64,000 nucleotides of DNA from Desulfobacterales bacterium (GTDB lineage Bacteria > Desulfobacterota > Desulfobacteria > Desulfobacterales > UBA5852): assembly GCA_963674755.2 (NCBI GenBank), contig CAXXVS010000003.1:1-64000 (forward strand), written 5' to 3'. The position numbers were made by a program, and so were the translations under genes. Below the pieces are notes generated by a model. The model searched no databases. It was given only the letters and a program-made list of their open reading frames with translations, and was not told where the DNA came from. Numbering within the stretch: position 1 is the first letter of the stretch; every line of letters begins with the position of its first letter. Positions 22,386 to 33,574 of the stretch are shown in pieces.

Positions 22386-23906
22386 ATGACCAAGCCACTG
22401 AAAACCGCTATCACGCCGATCCGGGCCGAGGATTATCCCGAATGGTATCAGCAGATCATCAAGGCCTCCGACCTGGCTGAGAAATCACCTGTGCGGGGCT
22501 GCATGGTGATCAAACCCTGGGGCTATGCCCTGTGGGAAAATATCGTGCGCGGCATGGACGACATGTTCAAGGCCACCGGAGTGAAAAATGCCTATTTCCC
22601 GCTTTTTATCCCCCTGAGCTTCCTGGAAAAAGAGGCCGAACATGTCGAAGGCTTTGCCAAAGAATGTGCGGTGGTGACTCACCACCGGCTCGAAAAAAAC
22701 GCCCAGGGCGGCCTGGTCCCGGCCGGCGAGCTGGCCGAACCTTTGGTGGTTCGTCCGACGTCTGAAACCATCATCGGGGATTCCTTTGCCAAATGGGTGT
22801 CCAGCTACCGGGACTTACCGATCCTGATCAATCAATGGGCCAACGTGGTACGTTGGGAGATGCGCACCCGGATCTTTCTGCGGACCAGCGAATTTCTATG
22901 GCAGGAGGGCCACACCGCCCACGCCACATCACAGGAGGCCGCCGAGCGGACCCACATGATGCTCGACGTCTATGCCCGTTTCGTCGAGGATTTTCTGGCC
23001 ATCCCCGTTATCCGGGGCCGCAAGACGCCGACGGAGCGGTTCCCCGGCGCGGTGGACACCCTCTGCATCGAAGCCATGATGCAGGACTGCAAAGCCTTAC
23101 AGGCCGGCACGTCGCATTTCCTGGGACAAAACTTCGCGGTGGCCTCCGGGATCCGCTTCCAAAACGCCCGGGAGGAAGAAGAATACGCCTGGACGACATC
23201 TTGGGGCTCCTCCACTCGTTTGATCGGGGGGCTGATCATGACCCATTCGGATGACGACGGTCTGGTGCTGCCGCCGCGCATCGCCTCGGCCCATGTGGTC
23301 CTGCTGCCCATCCACCGCTCCGAGGCCGACCGCGAACAGGTGATGGTTTACACCACCCAGCTGGCGGCCGATCTGCGTGCCCAGCGCTACCATGACCGCC
23401 CCATCCAGGTTGAAATCGACGAGCGCGACATCGGTGGGGCACGGGGATGGGACTGGATCAAGAAAGGCATTCCGGTGCGAATCGAAATCGGCCCCAAGGA
23501 CATCGAGAAGGACGCCCTGTTCGTCGGGCGGCGGGATCGCGGCCCCAGGGAAAAATCATCCATTCCTCGCGTCCGCTTTTTGCAGGACGTCACCTCCTTG
23601 CTGGACGATATCCAGCAACAGCTCTATGAACGGGCCCGGGCGTTTCAGGAGACCCACACCCACCAACTGGACGACCACGACGCTTTCGAGGCCTATTTCA
23701 CACCCCGCAATTTGGAAAAGCCGGAAATCCACGGCGGGTTTGCCCTGTCCCACTGGTGCGGCGACGCCCAGTGTGAGAAGCAGATCAAAGACAAGCTCAA
23801 CGTTACCATTCGCTGCATTCCCCTGGAGCCGCTTAGGGAAGAGGGGCGCTGTGTCTGCTGCGGCCGGCCCAGCAGCGAGCGAGTGGTGTGGGCCAAGGCG
23901 TATTAG
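22386..23906 (+). CDS. proS: Prolyl-tRNA synthetase, archaeal/eukaryote-like type
   Basis: RPTSET, QWANVVRWE, FLWQEGH, QAGTSHFLGQNF, C-terminal Cys cluster ending AKAY; no INS editing domain. Confidence 0.95.
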   Translation: MTKPLKTAITPIRAEDYPEWYQQIIKASDLAEKSPVRGCMVIKPWGYALWENIVRGMDDMFKATGVKNAYFPLFIPLSFLEKEAEHVEGFAKECAVVTHHRLEKNAQGGLVPAGELAEPLVVRPTSETIIGDSFAKWVSSYRDLPILINQWANVVRWEMRTRIFLRTSEFLWQEGHTAHATSQEAAERTHMMLDVYARFVEDFLAIPVIRGRKTPTERFPGAVDTLCIEAMMQDCKALQAGTSHFLGQNFAVASGIRFQNAREEEEYAWTTSWGSSTRLIGGLIMTHSDDDGLVLPPRIASAHVVLLPIHRSEADREQVMVYTTQLAADLRAQRYHDRPIQVEIDERDIGGARGWDWIKKGIPVRIEIGPKDIEKDALFVGRRDRGPREKSSIPRVRFLQDVTSLLDDIQQQLYERARAFQETHTHQLDDHDAFEAYFTPRNLEKPEIHGGFALSHWCGDAQCEKQIKDKLNVTIRCIPLEPLREEGRCVCCGRPSSERVVWAKAY

Positions 23907-23912
23907 GGCACT

Positions 23913-26066
23913 ATGATTCGCATCAACGATATTCTGGATAAGGTCGCCGAAAACAACCCCGAGGCCGATCTGGACATTATCGACCGGGCCTATATCTACA
24001 GCGCCCGGGTGCATGACGGCCAGGTTCGGCTGTCCGGCGAACCTTACCTTTCCCATCCTCTAGAGGTGGCCGGCATCCTGGCGGACATGAACCTTGATCC
24101 GGTCAGCATCGCCGCCGGACTGCTGCACGACGTGATTGAAGACACCCATGCGTCGCCGGAGGAAATCGAATCCACGTTCGGGCATGAAGTCCAGCATATC
24201 GTTTCCGGTGTGACCAAAATCAGCAAGCTGCCCTTCAGCAGCTCCCAAGCCCGGCAGGCCGAGAGCCTGCGCAAAATGCTGCTGGCCATGGCGGACGATA
24301 TCCGGGTCGTATTCATCAAGTTGGCCGATCGTCTGCACAATATGCGGACCCTGCAGTTTCATAGACCGGACAAACAGCGCGTGATTGCCCAGGAAACACT
24401 GGATATCTACGCACCCATTGCCGCCCGCCTCGGCATCTACTGGATGAAAAACGAGCTTGAGAACTCTTCCTTTATGTTTCTCATGCCCGACGAGTACAAC
24501 CGTATCAAAGACCGCGTCATCGCCGACATCAAAAAACGCGAAACCTATATGACAAAGGTCAAAACCATCATTCGCGACAAAATGGAAGCCCACAACCTTA
24601 CGAGCGACGTTCTGGGACGCTATAAAAACTACTACAGCATCTACCAGAAAATGGTCACCCAGAATCTGGCCTTCGAAGATGTCTACGACATCATTGCCTT
24701 CCGCATTATTTTAGATACCATTCCCCACTGCTATGAAGCCCTGGGCATCGTGCATTCCCTCTGGAAACCCATCGACATCAAATTCAAAGACTATATCGCC
24801 CGCCCCAAGCCCAACATGTACCAGTCGCTCCACACCACCGTCATCGGTCCGGCGGGCGAGCGTGTCGAAATCCAGATTCGAACCCAGGAAATGGATCAGG
24901 TGGCCAAGTCGGGCATTGCGGCCCACTGGCACTATAAAGAGGGTGGTGAGGTCGATGAAAATGTCAGCAAGCGCTTTGCCTGGATCCAGAATCTGGTGGA
25001 AAACCAGGAAAACATCGCCAATCCGGAAGAATTTCTGGAAAATGTGCGCATCGACCTCTATCCCGATGAAGTGTATGTCTTTACGCCCCAGGGGGATGTC
25101 AAAACCCTGCCCAAGGGGGCCACACCGGTGGATTTTGCCTATCTGATCCATACCGAAGTCGGCAATCAATGCACCGGCGCCAAAGTCAACGGCCGTATGG
25201 TTCCCCTGAGCCATGAATTGGTCACCGGCGATACGGTGGATATCACGACCTCCAAATACCACCACCCCAGCAAGGACTGGCTCAAGTTCGTCAAAACGGT
25301 CAAAGCCCGCGCTCGCATCCGCCAATGGATCAAGACCCAGGAAAAAAACCGCAGCCTGACCCTGGGGCGGGAAATGTGCGAAAAAGCGTTCCGCAAATAT
25401 CGGCTCAATTTTCACGCCCTGGTCAAATCACCCCAGATGATAGAGGTGGTGGAGCATTTTGGCTTTAAAACCGCAGATGATCTGATTGCCAGCGTGGGAT
25501 ACGGTAAAACCACACCGTTGCAAGTCGTGCGGCGCTTTCAGCCCAAGACAGAAGACAGTGAGGAGGAAGTCGAACGCGAATCGATTATCGGCCGCCTGAT
25601 GGGAAAAGTCAAAAAGAAGACCGACAAGACCGGCATTCTGGTCAAGGGGCTGGATGATATCCTGATTCGTTTCGGCAAGTGTTGCCAGCCCGTTCCAGGG
25701 GATCCCATCATCGGTTATATCACCCGGGGCTATGGCGTGACCGTGCACCGGGCCAACTGCGTGAATGCGCTGAAGATGAACCCGGAACGGCAGATTGAGG
25801 TTGAATGGACCGAGGAAAACAAGGAAACCTACCCGGTCAGGATCCTGGTGACATCCCACGACCGGGTCGGTCTGCTGGCCGATATTGCCATGACCATCAG
25901 CAAAAGCGACGCCAATATCGTCAGCGTAAACACAAAAACACTTGAAAATCAGACGGTTGAGAGCTTTATCACCTTGGCCGTCTCCGGCACCACCCATCTG
26001 GATCGCGTGCTATCCGCCCTGCGTAGAGTTCATCTCGTTCAGGATGTGCGGCGCCTGAATGTCTAG
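23913..26066 (+). CDS. relA: Long bifunctional (p)ppGpp synthetase/hydrolase
   Basis: Intact HD (LLHDVIED), KLADRLHNMRT, FKDYI, YQSLHT, TGS and ACT domains. Confidence 0.93.
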   Translation: MIRINDILDKVAENNPEADLDIIDRAYIYSARVHDGQVRLSGEPYLSHPLEVAGILADMNLDPVSIAAGLLHDVIEDTHASPEEIESTFGHEVQHIVSGVTKISKLPFSSSQARQAESLRKMLLAMADDIRVVFIKLADRLHNMRTLQFHRPDKQRVIAQETLDIYAPIAARLGIYWMKNELENSSFMFLMPDEYNRIKDRVIADIKKRETYMTKVKTIIRDKMEAHNLTSDVLGRYKNYYSIYQKMVTQNLAFEDVYDIIAFRIILDTIPHCYEALGIVHSLWKPIDIKFKDYIARPKPNMYQSLHTTVIGPAGERVEIQIRTQEMDQVAKSGIAAHWHYKEGGEVDENVSKRFAWIQNLVENQENIANPEEFLENVRIDLYPDEVYVFTPQGDVKTLPKGATPVDFAYLIHTEVGNQCTGAKVNGRMVPLSHELVTGDTVDITTSKYHHPSKDWLKFVKTVKARARIRQWIKTQEKNRSLTLGREMCEKAFRKYRLNFHALVKSPQMIEVVEHFGFKTADDLIASVGYGKTTPLQVVRRFQPKTEDSEEEVERESIIGRLMGKVKKKTDKTGILVKGLDDILIRFGKCCQPVPGDPIIGYITRGYGVTVHRANCVNALKMNPERQIEVEWTEENKETYPVRILVTSHDRVGLLADIAMTISKSDANIVSVNTKTLENQTVESFITLAVSGTTHLDRVLSALRRVHLVQDVRRLNV

Positions 26067-26153
26067 CGGTATCGCAATATCAGGGCGTTCGGTCGCGATC
26101 GCCTCACGCCCCTGATCAGCAGCCCATAAAGGAGCCGGACGGTATTGACAGGC

Positions 26154-26345
26154 TCAGGGCGCCTTGACCACGAGCCCGGATTTAATGCAGCTGGTGCAGA
26201 CCACCATGCGTTTGGCCTGACCGTTGTGAAGTGCACGGACCGTTTGCAGGTTCGGGTTGAAGCGCCGCTTGTTGATATTGTGCGCATGGCTGACATGGCT
26301 GCCCACCATTGGTTTTTTGCCGCAAATTTCACATTGCTTGGCCAT
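26154..26345 (-). CDS. rpmB: 50S ribosomal protein L28
   Basis: [28 protein letters not shown]. Confidence 0.96.
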   Translation of the reverse strand: MAKQCEICGKKPMVGSHVSHAHNINKRRFNPNLQTVRALHNGQAKRMVVCTSCIKSGLVVKAP

Positions 26346-26526
26346 TGCAGAATTCCCTTCGATTAATACTTAACGTCTTTATCCCTCAGAATCAAAACAA
26401 GAAACCATATATTATGCCGCTTTTTTTGTAAAGATTTTTTATTGGCAGTCTGGACGCTAAAGATAGACCGGGCGCAAGAAAGGGCACGATCATCTTTATG
26501 ATAAGCGTAGCGACCTTGCGATAAGC

Positions 26527-27222
26527 TTAGAAAAAAGGCAGGATGCTGCGGCTGTCTTCGCGACTGATCTCGGCCAACGCGGTTTCGGCTTCCAGGATGC
26601 GGTGCAGGGCCTCCTGGTGGACACCCACGTCCGGATAACGGCTCAAAACGTTTTTGAATCGCCGCAACGCGGCTTTGTAATGACCGGACTTATAATAGAA
26701 AAGCCCGATATCGAGTTCGGAGAGCGCCAGGCTGCGCAGGCAGGCATTGATATTTTCCTGGGCCTTTACCGCATAGGCATCGTTGGGGTAATCCCTCACC
26801 AGGCGTGCGAAAGTATCCAGCGCCTTGCGGGTGGATTCCTGATCACGATCCGGCGTATCGATCTGCTCGAAATAGCACATCCCCGTCTGGTAGATCACGT
26901 AAGGGATCGCTTCGTTACGGGGATGCAGACTTTCAAATTCTTCATAGGCGAAAACCGCCTCTTCGTAGTTGCCGAGGCGATAGTTGGCATCCGCGATCTT
27001 CAGTTCCGCCAGTTTGGCATATTCGCTATAGGGGTACCAGTCCTTGAGTTTTTCAAACGCGTCCCGGGCACCTTCGTAGTCTCCGGTTTCGAAGTCGTCC
27101 ATACCGGCCCAGGCCAACGTCTGGGCGGTCTCATCGTCTTTACCTTCCCAGAAAAGATTGAAAAGGCCGCACCCGGAGATGAAAAATGGAACGATCAGTA
27201 AAAGGATAATGAAACGTTTCAT
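26527..27222 (-). CDS. bamD: Outer membrane assembly lipoprotein BamD
   Basis: Lipobox ISGC, TPR repeats, YPYSEYA, DRDQEST. Confidence 0.88.
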   Translation of the reverse strand: MKRFIILLLIVPFFISGCGLFNLFWEGKDDETAQTLAWAGMDDFETGDYEGARDAFEKLKDWYPYSEYAKLAELKIADANYRLGNYEEAVFAYEEFESLHPRNEAIPYVIYQTGMCYFEQIDTPDRDQESTRKALDTFARLVRDYPNDAYAVKAQENINACLRSLALSELDIGLFYYKSGHYKAALRRFKNVLSRYPDVGVHQEALHRILEAETALAEISREDSRSILPFF

Positions 27223-27331
27223 GGGGTCCTGTCTTTGGGATGTCGCCCGCCGACATCGAGCGGAAGCGGTGCGGGGAGGCATCCCTATCGTCAACAGTGG
27301 CTGCCGCCCGCACCCAATCGGAATTTTGCGT

Positions 27332-27658
27332 TTAGAGCAGCTTTCCGAGGGACTCTTCCAGTTTGCCGCGGGCCACCATGCCGGTGATCTGGTCGACGAC
27401 ATCTCCGTTCTTAAAAAAAATCAGCGTGGGGATGGCTTTGATACCATATTTACCCGGGGTTGCAGGATTGTCGTCGACATTGCATTTCATAAACTTGACC
27501 TGTCCCTGGTAATGGGTCGCCAGTTCTTCCACGACGGGTCCGATAGCTTTGCAGGGCCCGCACCAGGGCGCCCAAAAATCCACCATCACAGGGGTGTCGG
27601 ATTGCAGTACTTCCGCATCAAAACGCGCGTCATCGATTTCCATTACGTTTTCAGCCAT
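27332..27658 (-). CDS. trxA: Thioredoxin
   Basis: DFWAPWCGPCK, IPTL; RBS gagg. Confidence 0.95.
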   Translation of the reverse strand: MAENVMEIDDARFDAEVLQSDTPVMVDFWAPWCGPCKAIGPVVEELATHYQGQVKFMKCNVDDNPATPGKYGIKAIPTLIFFKNGDVVDQITGMVARGKLEESLGKLL

Positions 27659-27866
27659 ATTGATTTCCTCTCTGGGATTGAATATCAAACGCCGCGGAAT
27701 TATATGCACAGCGTCTGTGGTTGTCAACCGCGTAAACCGGACTTAATCCCTTAATATCAAGGCATTTTGCAGGAGGCGATCGTTTGACAGCCTCTTGCGC
27801 ATTTGCTACCACTGGCGCCAGCGCATCAACCCACCAGCATCACCTTCCAACCTTGGAGGAACGAAC

Positions 27867-28634
27867 ATGAAGGCCACTCTTCGCATCGGGGCCCTTATCT
27901 CCGGAGGGGGCACCAATCTGCAAGCGGTAATCGACGGCTGCGCAAACCACGCCATCAGCGGTCGGATCGCCTTTGTCGGATCCGACAATCCCGACGCCAA
28001 GGGTCTAGAGCGCGCCCGCCGGCACGCCATCCCCTCCTTTGTGGTGGACTACGGCGCCATTTTGGATCGCTATCAGCAGGATCCGCGAGCGCAAGCCCTG
28101 CCGGCCGACTTTGATTTCGATGACATCCAGGCGAAGTGCCGCCTGTTGCCGGCCGGGACGAATGCCGACCGCATCCGTCAATTTCTCGAAACACGGGCCA
28201 TTGCCGAAAACGCCCTGATCGAGGCCATGCAGCCCTATCCTTTTGATCTTCTGATCCTGGCCGGTTTCATGCGCAATCTGACCCCCTATTTCATCGACCG
28301 GATCAATCGGGATCCGGCCCTGCCCCGCATCATGAACATCCATCCCGCCCTCCTGCCGTCCTTCCCGGGGGTCGACGGATACGGGGACACCTACCATTAC
28401 GGCTGCAAAGTTGGGGGATGCACGGTGCATTTCATCGACTATGGGGAGGATTCGGGACCGATCATCGGCCAGCGCGCTTTGGTCATCGCGCCGGGCGACT
28501 CCCTGGAAACCTTCAAGCAAAAGGGGCTCGCTGAAGAGTGGAAGCTCTATCCTCATTGTATCGAGCTTTACGCCCAGGGAAAACTCAAAGTGGTGACGGG
28601 TGAGAAGCGTCGTGTCGTGGCCATCGCCCCCTGA
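27867..28634 (+). CDS. purN: GAR transformylase with internal insertion
   Basis: SGGGTNLQ, LAGFMR, NIHPALLPSFPG, GCTVHF, DSGPII. Confidence 0.9.
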   Translation: MKATLRIGALISGGGTNLQAVIDGCANHAISGRIAFVGSDNPDAKGLERARRHAIPSFVVDYGAILDRYQQDPRAQALPADFDFDDIQAKCRLLPAGTNADRIRQFLETRAIAENALIEAMQPYPFDLLILAGFMRNLTPYFIDRINRDPALPRIMNIHPALLPSFPGVDGYGDTYHYGCKVGGCTVHFIDYGEDSGPIIGQRALVIAPGDSLETFKQKGLAEEWKLYPHCIELYAQGKLKVVTGEKRRVVAIAP

Positions 28635-28661
28635 AGCGCGCCGGGAATGGGGCCGCGCCCC

Positions 28662-29831
28662 TCAAACCCCATGCAGCGCCCGCACGATCATGGGGAAAGC
28701 CACGAAGGTGCCGATGGAACTGCCCAGGTTGGTAAAGACCACCACCAGAAGAACGCGGGTAACCTTGTTGGTCCAAAACCCCCGAACAGAGCGGATATCC
28801 TCCTGGAGGGTTTCGAAATCACGGACCTTGGGCTTGCGGGAAACCGTTTCCACCAGACCGGACACCCAACCGGCGGCGATCATTGGGTTTAAGGATGTCA
28901 ACGGCGCTGCAAGCATCGAAGACAAAATGGTCAGAGGATGCCCCCAGGCAATCAGAGCCCCCGCCCCGGCCAGCAGCCCGTTGGCGGCCACCCACCAGAG
29001 AATCATGTCCGAGCCGGTCTTGGACCCGCCGGCGTAGAACCCGTAGATAAAAAGCCCCACGATGGCCGCCGGAATGCCCCACTTGAGAAAACCTGTCAGG
29101 CGGCTTTTGGGCGGCAGCCCTTCCAGCGCCTTGAGGTCGATATCCTGTTCCCAGTAGCGCTTGATGCCGGGCACATGGCCGGCGCCCACCACGGCCACAA
29201 TATGGTCTCCGGGGGCTTCCTTGATCTTCTGGGCCAGATAGCGATCCCGTTCGTCGATCAGGATCTCGCGGATGACCGGTTGGGAAGCACCGATTTCCTT
29301 CAGGAGCGAATCGAGCACATCCTCCTGCTTCATTCGCTCGATGTCCTCACGGCTGAGATCGTCCACCTCACCCAGCGACAGCAGCAGCTGGAAGAGCAGC
29401 TTGCTTTTATCCCAGAGCCCCATGCTGCGCCAGGTGCGGGAGAGGGTCACACGGATATCCCGGTCCACCAGCCAGACCTGCGCCCCGGCCGCCTCGGCCG
29501 CGTCCACAGCCGTGATCATTTCCTGGCCCGGCTTGATGTCCATGCGGTCGGCAATGCGCTTCTGGAAACTGGCCAGAATCAGGTTCGACAACAGGAGAAA
29601 AGCTTTCTTCTCCTTGATAACCTTGATAATGTCCATTTCCTGCCAACGCGATTTCTGGCGAATGGACTGCAAGCGTGATGCGCACAATTCCACACAGACC
29701 GTTGCGGGCTTTTCCGTTTCGATGGTCTGGCGGACGAGGTCGGCACTTTCCCTGGAGACATGGGCCGTTCCGATCAGCGTGATGGTGCGGCCCTGGTGCT
29801 CCAGGCGATGGATTGAGCTATCGTCTGTCAT
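28662..29831 (-). CDS. TraB/PrgY/GumN family membrane protein
   Basis: IGTAHVS, VCVELC, ERD, VVGAGH, C-terminal TM helices. Confidence 0.88.
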   Translation of the reverse strand: MTDDSSIHRLEHQGRTITLIGTAHVSRESADLVRQTIETEKPATVCVELCASRLQSIRQKSRWQEMDIIKVIKEKKAFLLLSNLILASFQKRIADRMDIKPGQEMITAVDAAEAAGAQVWLVDRDIRVTLSRTWRSMGLWDKSKLLFQLLLSLGEVDDLSREDIERMKQEDVLDSLLKEIGASQPVIREILIDERDRYLAQKIKEAPGDHIVAVVGAGHVPGIKRYWEQDIDLKALEGLPPKSRLTGFLKWGIPAAIVGLFIYGFYAGGSKTGSDMILWWVAANGLLAGAGALIAWGHPLTILSSMLAAPLTSLNPMIAAGWVSGLVETVSRKPKVRDFETLQEDIRSVRGFWTNKVTRVLLVVVFTNLGSSIGTFVAFPMIVRALHGV

Positions 29832-29982
29832 GGGTGTTCCTGTTTCGGTTATAGGCAATCGGGTAGAATAGGACACAATTAAGCCCGGTGCAATACATAA
29901 AGGGGTGCGGATTTTCCGGGCCTCTTTTCAAAGCCGGCCAAATCCGTTAGATTGGACGAATAGGCCCAAGGGAGAAAATCGC

Positions 29983-30798
29983 ATGAAAGCCACCATGCCA
30001 GCTTCGGCATCGCAACATCTTATCGACCAGGCCCCCTTTTACTTAAGCACCGGGGATGAAATGCAGCAGTTCGAAGCCGCCTTCCGGGCCAAACTGCCGG
30101 TCATGCTCAAAGGCCCTACCGGATGCGGTAAAACCCGTTTTGTAACCTTCATGGCGCACCGCCTGGGGCGGCCCCTGATTACCGTTTCCTGCCACGAGGA
30201 TCTGTTTGCCTCTGATCTGCTGGGCCGCTATCTCCTGAAAAACGATGAAACGGTATGGGTGGACGGACCGCTTACCACCGCCGTTCGGATCGGCGCCATC
30301 TGCTACCTGGATGAAATCGTCGAGGCCCGCAAGGATACCACCGTAGTGATCCACCCCCTGACCGATGACCGCCGGCTGCTGTCCATCGATAAGAAGGGGG
30401 AGCTGATCCAGGCCCATCCGGATTTCATGATGGTCATTTCCTACAATCCCGGCTACCAGTCCGTCCTCAAGGACCTGAAGCAGAGCACCCGGCAGCGCTT
30501 TGTCAGCCTGGTGTTCCGTTATCCCGACGAGGCCCGCGAAGCCGAGATCGTGGCCCATGAGGGCGGTATCGCGCCTGAAATGGCCGCGCGCCTGGTGGCC
30601 CTGGCCACGCGTATCCGCCGCATTCGCGAACAGGGCCTGTCCGAAGGCGCCAGCACCCGTCTCCTGATCTATGCCGCGCTGCTGATCCGAGGCGGCGTGG
30701 ATCCCGTCACGGCCTGCCGCTCCGCCATCTGCCAACCCCTCAGCGACGACGAGCGGCTGCAGGAAACCATGGAAGAACTCATTCAGGATTTTTTCTAG
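29983..30798 (+). CDS. CbbQ/NirQ/NorQ-family AAA+ ATPase
   Basis: Walker [14 protein letters not shown], Walker [28 protein letters not shown]. Confidence 0.93.
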   Translation: MKATMPASASQHLIDQAPFYLSTGDEMQQFEAAFRAKLPVMLKGPTGCGKTRFVTFMAHRLGRPLITVSCHEDLFASDLLGRYLLKNDETVWVDGPLTTAVRIGAICYLDEIVEARKDTTVVIHPLTDDRRLLSIDKKGELIQAHPDFMMVISYNPGYQSVLKDLKQSTRQRFVSLVFRYPDEAREAEIVAHEGGIAPEMAARLVALATRIRRIREQGLSEGASTRLLIYAALLIRGGVDPVTACRSAICQPLSDDERLQETMEELIQDFF

Positions 30799-30804
30799 CC
30801 GGTC

Positions 30805-33552
30805 ATGACCAGCGACAACGCATTGCAGCGCCTGGCAACCTTCGACCCCGAACTGACGCAAACCCTGGCCGCGGCCCGCCGGCAGTCCGGCATTGAACTG
30901 ACGGCGACCGATCTCACGGAACTGGTGGAAACCATCTTCCTTGGCTACCGGCTGGATATGGCGCTGGGGGCCACCGTGGCCGAGGGCTACCGCCGACTGC
31001 TGGCGGGGGGGCGGCCCCGGGCCGTCGCCACCTTCGGCTGCGAAATCCGGCAGGCCGCTGAACGCAGCGTGGGGCTGGCCCGCAACCTGGCCCGCCTGCT
31101 GCCCCATGTACTGCTCTCCCGTGAAGCCGACCTTTGGGACACCTTTCAGACGACCCTGACCACCCTCCTTGCCAAGGGCGAATACCTGGTCAAAGCGCCC
31201 CTGGAAGGCCTGGCCCCATTGATCTCCGCCGCCGACGGCAGCGCCCGGGCCTACCTGGAACTCCTGCAGGCCGTGTTTGGCCGAACCCTTTCCTATAACC
31301 GCTGCCAATACCTCGGCAACCTGCTGCCGCGCGCGGTCGGGCAGCTGCAAAAAACAGGGCGCCCTGCACAGATCCGGCAGCTGTTGCGCCTTATCCGGAT
31401 CGATCTCAACCTGATCGAACCCTATCTGGAAGGCTTGTCCGAAGGCCTGGCCATGCTTTCCCCCAAGGCCTTGCAAGTTTTTGTCGATCAGGTCCTGGAC
31501 AGCGTGCGACAAGACCCGCAAGCCCTGCGTCGGTTTCTGGCCTTGCGCTCCGAAAGGGGGCGCTCCGCCTGCCGGGCGCTGCAAACGGCCGTCGTTTTAA
31601 ACGAGGCCCTGCCCCGCTTGACCCGCTATCTCCGGGCCCGGACCGGACGGACGGACGGCATTCTGCCCTTTTCCGCCATCCGCCACTACGCGGGCCAGGG
31701 GAACGCGGGGCTTCCCCAAGCTGCAACTGACGGCCTGCATCTTTATCTCCCGGACACCATAGATGCGCTTGAATCCCGTGCGGCCAACGCCCGACTGCTG
31801 ACCGTCCTGGCTAAGTTTGAAGCCGGCCTGCTGGAATTCGGCACCTTCACCTTCGACCTGGAACGGGCTTTTGACCTGGGATGCCTGAACGCGCGGGATG
31901 CCGCGGATACAGCCACCGGTACAACCGGCGTTTCGGATTTCACCCGTTTCAGCCGGTGGTTCGACGATCCGCGCCTGGCCCTGGATCTTTTCACCGTATT
32001 CGAACACGCCCGCCTTCGTCTGCGCCTGACTCAAGCCTACCCGGGGCTTCTGCGCAACGGCCTGCCGTTGTATCAGGCCGCCATGCGGTCCAGGACCGAT
32101 TCCGGCCGCCGGGCAAGCTTCCTGGACGCCTGCTATGGCGTCCTGGCCCTGGGTCTTCCTCCGACCCTATTTGCCTCCCAGGCCGCCCTTGGGGGGCATT
32201 TGCTGGACAATATGCAAAACGCCTTGGTCGCCGGCAACGCCCCGACCATACGCGTGGAGCATGCCGCCGGTCTGACGGCCAGGTTCTATGACCCGGTCCA
32301 GAAAACCCTGGCCAGCGACGGATTCCAGGCCCCCCCCTTGGCCCCTCCTTACCGGCTGCCGCTCATATCGGCGCTCATCGATGCCGCCGGAGGAGCCGCC
32401 CAGGATGATGCTGACCGCCTGGCTCAACGCCTGCAGGCCTGCGGCGTCAAACTCTACCGCGGCGACTTGCGCCAGCAGCTTTTGCACAGCGGGGGACGTC
32501 CCACGGCACAGGACATCCTCCGCTTGGCCTGCCCCCCATCCTCCGCGACCCAGGAAAATGACGCCGACGCATCGGCCCTGTCCTTGGCGCAAATTCCGAA
32601 AGACATTCTGGCCGCAACGGATTTTGACGACGACCAGGCCGATCCCGGGGATGTGGATCGGATCACCTGGCTGAAGGAGTGGAATGCGGCCATCGGCGAC
32701 TACCTGCACGCCCACGTCCGCGTGCGGGATCGCCGCCTGGGCGGTAGCGACACCGCCTTTTACGACGATGTGCTCCAGCGCTGCGAAGGGCTGGTACGCC
32801 GCATCCGGCGCTCCTTCGAATTGCTGCGGCCCGAGGGCCTCGGGATACTGCGCCCGTGGGGGGAGGGCGATGATTTCGACTACCGGGCCCTGCTGGATTT
32901 TGTGGTGGACCGCAGGGCCGGGCGCCAGCCCTCCGAGCGCCTCTATATCAAACGGGTCAAGCAGCGGCGCGATGTGGCCGTAATGCTGCTGGTGGACCTT
33001 TCGCGCTCAACATCTAATATCGTCAGCGGATCTTCGCGGTCCGTGCTGGACGTGGCCAAGGAGGCCATCGTTCTTTTCACCCAGGCCCTGGAAGTGGTGG
33101 GTGACCGCTATGCCGTGGCCGGTTTTTCAGGCACAGGCCGTCTGGGGGTGGATTTCTTCCGCATCAAGGACTTCGCGGCGCCCCTCGATGCCAGTGTCAA
33201 AGGGACGATCAGCAGATTGGCGCCACAGCGCAGCACGCGCATGGGTGCCGCCGTGCGGCGCGCGACTCTCGATCTGATGGCCCAGGACAACCGGGTGCGC
33301 CTGCTGCTGCTAATCGGCGATGGCTTCCCCAACGACACGGACTATAAGGGCCACTATGCTATCCAGGACACCCGCCAGGCCATTGCCGAAGCGCACAGCA
33401 GCGGCATCATCACCCAGGCCATTACGGTCAATCTGCCCGCCAGCCCCCGGCTGGACGAACTCTACGGTCCGGTGCGCCATACCGTCATCTCCAACGTCCA
33501 GGAACTGCCGGACAAGCTCCTACGACTTTACGGCGTGCTGACACGTACCTAG
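30805..33552 (+). CDS. NorD/CbbO-like VWA protein, 915 aa
   Basis: C-terminal VWA with MIDAS DLSRS, STRMGAA, GDGFP; follows the ATPase by 6 bp. Confidence 0.85.
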   Translation: MTSDNALQRLATFDPELTQTLAAARRQSGIELTATDLTELVETIFLGYRLDMALGATVAEGYRRLLAGGRPRAVATFGCEIRQAAERSVGLARNLARLLPHVLLSREADLWDTFQTTLTTLLAKGEYLVKAPLEGLAPLISAADGSARAYLELLQAVFGRTLSYNRCQYLGNLLPRAVGQLQKTGRPAQIRQLLRLIRIDLNLIEPYLEGLSEGLAMLSPKALQVFVDQVLDSVRQDPQALRRFLALRSERGRSACRALQTAVVLNEALPRLTRYLRARTGRTDGILPFSAIRHYAGQGNAGLPQAATDGLHLYLPDTIDALESRAANARLLTVLAKFEAGLLEFGTFTFDLERAFDLGCLNARDAADTATGTTGVSDFTRFSRWFDDPRLALDLFTVFEHARLRLRLTQAYPGLLRNGLPLYQAAMRSRTDSGRRASFLDACYGVLALGLPPTLFASQAALGGHLLDNMQNALVAGNAPTIRVEHAAGLTARFYDPVQKTLASDGFQAPPLAPPYRLPLISALIDAAGGAAQDDADRLAQRLQACGVKLYRGDLRQQLLHSGGRPTAQDILRLACPPSSATQENDADASALSLAQIPKDILAATDFDDDQADPGDVDRITWLKEWNAAIGDYLHAHVRVRDRRLGGSDTAFYDDVLQRCEGLVRRIRRSFELLRPEGLGILRPWGEGDDFDYRALLDFVVDRRAGRQPSERLYIKRVKQRRDVAVMLLVDLSRSTSNIVSGSSRSVLDVAKEAIVLFTQALEVVGDRYAVAGFSGTGRLGVDFFRIKDFAAPLDASVKGTISRLAPQRSTRMGAAVRRATLDLMAQDNRVRLLLLIGDGFPNDTDYKGHYAIQDTRQAIAEAHSSGIITQAITVNLPASPRLDELYGPVRHTVISNVQELPDKLLRLYGVLTRT

Positions 33553-33574
33553 AATAGGTTCACAAGGTATGTAA

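Noticed and set aside
28662..29831. Conjugation gene suggested by the TraB name
   Set aside because: Chromosomal TraB/GumN family; no relaxase or type IV secretion genes nearby
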